Below are positions 63,006 through 64,000 of a stretch of 64,000 nt of DNA, piece after piece. The position numbers were made by a program, and so were the translations under genes. Source of the stretch: Hypanus sabinus (Eukaryota); contig NC_082722.1 of NCBI RefSeq assembly GCF_030144855.1, forward strand, positions 2,046,001 through 2,110,000, read 5' to 3'. A model generated the notes under the pieces. The model was not told the DNA's origin. It did not search any database and saw only the letters and a list, made by a program, of their open reading frames with translations. How positions within the stretch are numbered: position 1 is the first letter of the stretch; each line of letters opens with the position of its first letter.

Positions 63006-64000
63006 AAACATATGGCATATCAAAGGCACAGATAGATTAGACATGTAGAGGATATTTCCAGTAGTGGGAGAGTCCAGGACCAGAAGACATGGCCTCAAGA
63101 AAGGACACCCCTTTAAAACGATATGAGGAGGAATTTTTTTTAGACACGGGGTGGTGATTCTGTGGACTTTGCAGCCACCGACAGCTGTTAGGACAAAATT
63201 ATTATGAAGAGAAGGTAGATATATTCGTGATGAATAAGGGTGTCAAATGTCAAGCACGAAGACAGGAGAATGATGTTTGGGGGTATATATATCTGACATT
63301 GTCGAATAGTGCAGCTGATGTGACAACTGGTCTTATTCTGTTCCTTTACCTTCTGGTCTTAAGGACGTGTGCATCTCTATTTGCACACTTTACATGGCAT
63401 CAGAACAAACTTACTTTGGAGGTAGAATACCTAGCACTGGTTGCATACTCTCTCCCCTGCTAGTTACACCTGTGAAGAACTTATCCTTCCTAGGGAGAAA
63501 TAACTAGCCTGTGGCTGTGCTTGCTAGAACTTAAGTGAGCAAGTGCTGATCACACTGACACAGTGAAGGAGAGGGATAATTGACTACAAAAGAGCAGAGC
63601 ACAGGCACAAAGAGAGAAAATTGCTGAGAAGAGCAGGATATCTGCACTGAACAGCAAGAATTTGGCAAATAAAAGAACTGCTGGTAAAGATCAGGTGCAG
63701 AAAAAGTACCAGGTCAGCTGCAGCACGGCAAAGAACAACAATAAGAGAATGCCCAGGGGTAAAGGTGGAGATTCAGAGATCAACTGGAAAAAACAATCAG
63801 CTACAAAGAAAGGGTAGCTCACGCACAGAAACTGGAGATCACTTCCAAAGCTGAAGGAGACCAGCAGAGAAGAGTTCAATATCATCAACAAATATGTGAG
63901 GTCAGCTGGAAAATTATGGATTGTCACATTTTTCTGCCTCGCTTTTTCCACCTTGAATCGTCGGCTGGAGATATCGTAATGAGAGATGCAGAGATGGCAG

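Noticed and set aside
1-64000. rRNA, tRNA, CRISPR arrays or prokaryotic systems
   Set aside because: None were seen. The window is vertebrate, repeat-rich DNA, and the only tRNA-related sequence is the Gypsy PBS.

Overview
This is eukaryotic genomic DNA. Its CR1/L1/Rex-Babar/Penelope/Gypsy repeat spectrum points to a cartilaginous fish, probably a ray (inference). Roughly four-fifths of the window is transposable elements, many nested. The only host gene I can support is on the minus strand at about 20.9-26.7 kb. It is a non-rearranging immunoglobulin-superfamily receptor with exons leader / V with a germline-joined J-like end / C1-set / transmembrane, all joined in phase 1 with canonical GT-AG sites. 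The transmembrane segment contains an Arg, as in activating receptors. The V exon has one in-frame TAG right after the conserved Trp, so this copy is a recent pseudogene, a null allele or a sequencing error. Other notable structures: (1) an Academ-like DNA transposon (945-13520) with ~130-bp imperfect TIRs and a 3-bp TSD, split by nested CR1, Rex1 and L1 insertions; (2) a second nest, an L1 hit by a full-length CR1 and a full-length antisense L1; (3) a Chapaev3-like transposase relic upstream of the Ig gene; (4) a structurally complete Gypsy element (LTRs, tRNA-Trp-like PBS, PPT, 4-bp TSD) whose two LTRs are unexpectedly divergent. No rRNA, tRNA or CRISPR features were seen. All alignments and counts were made by hand.
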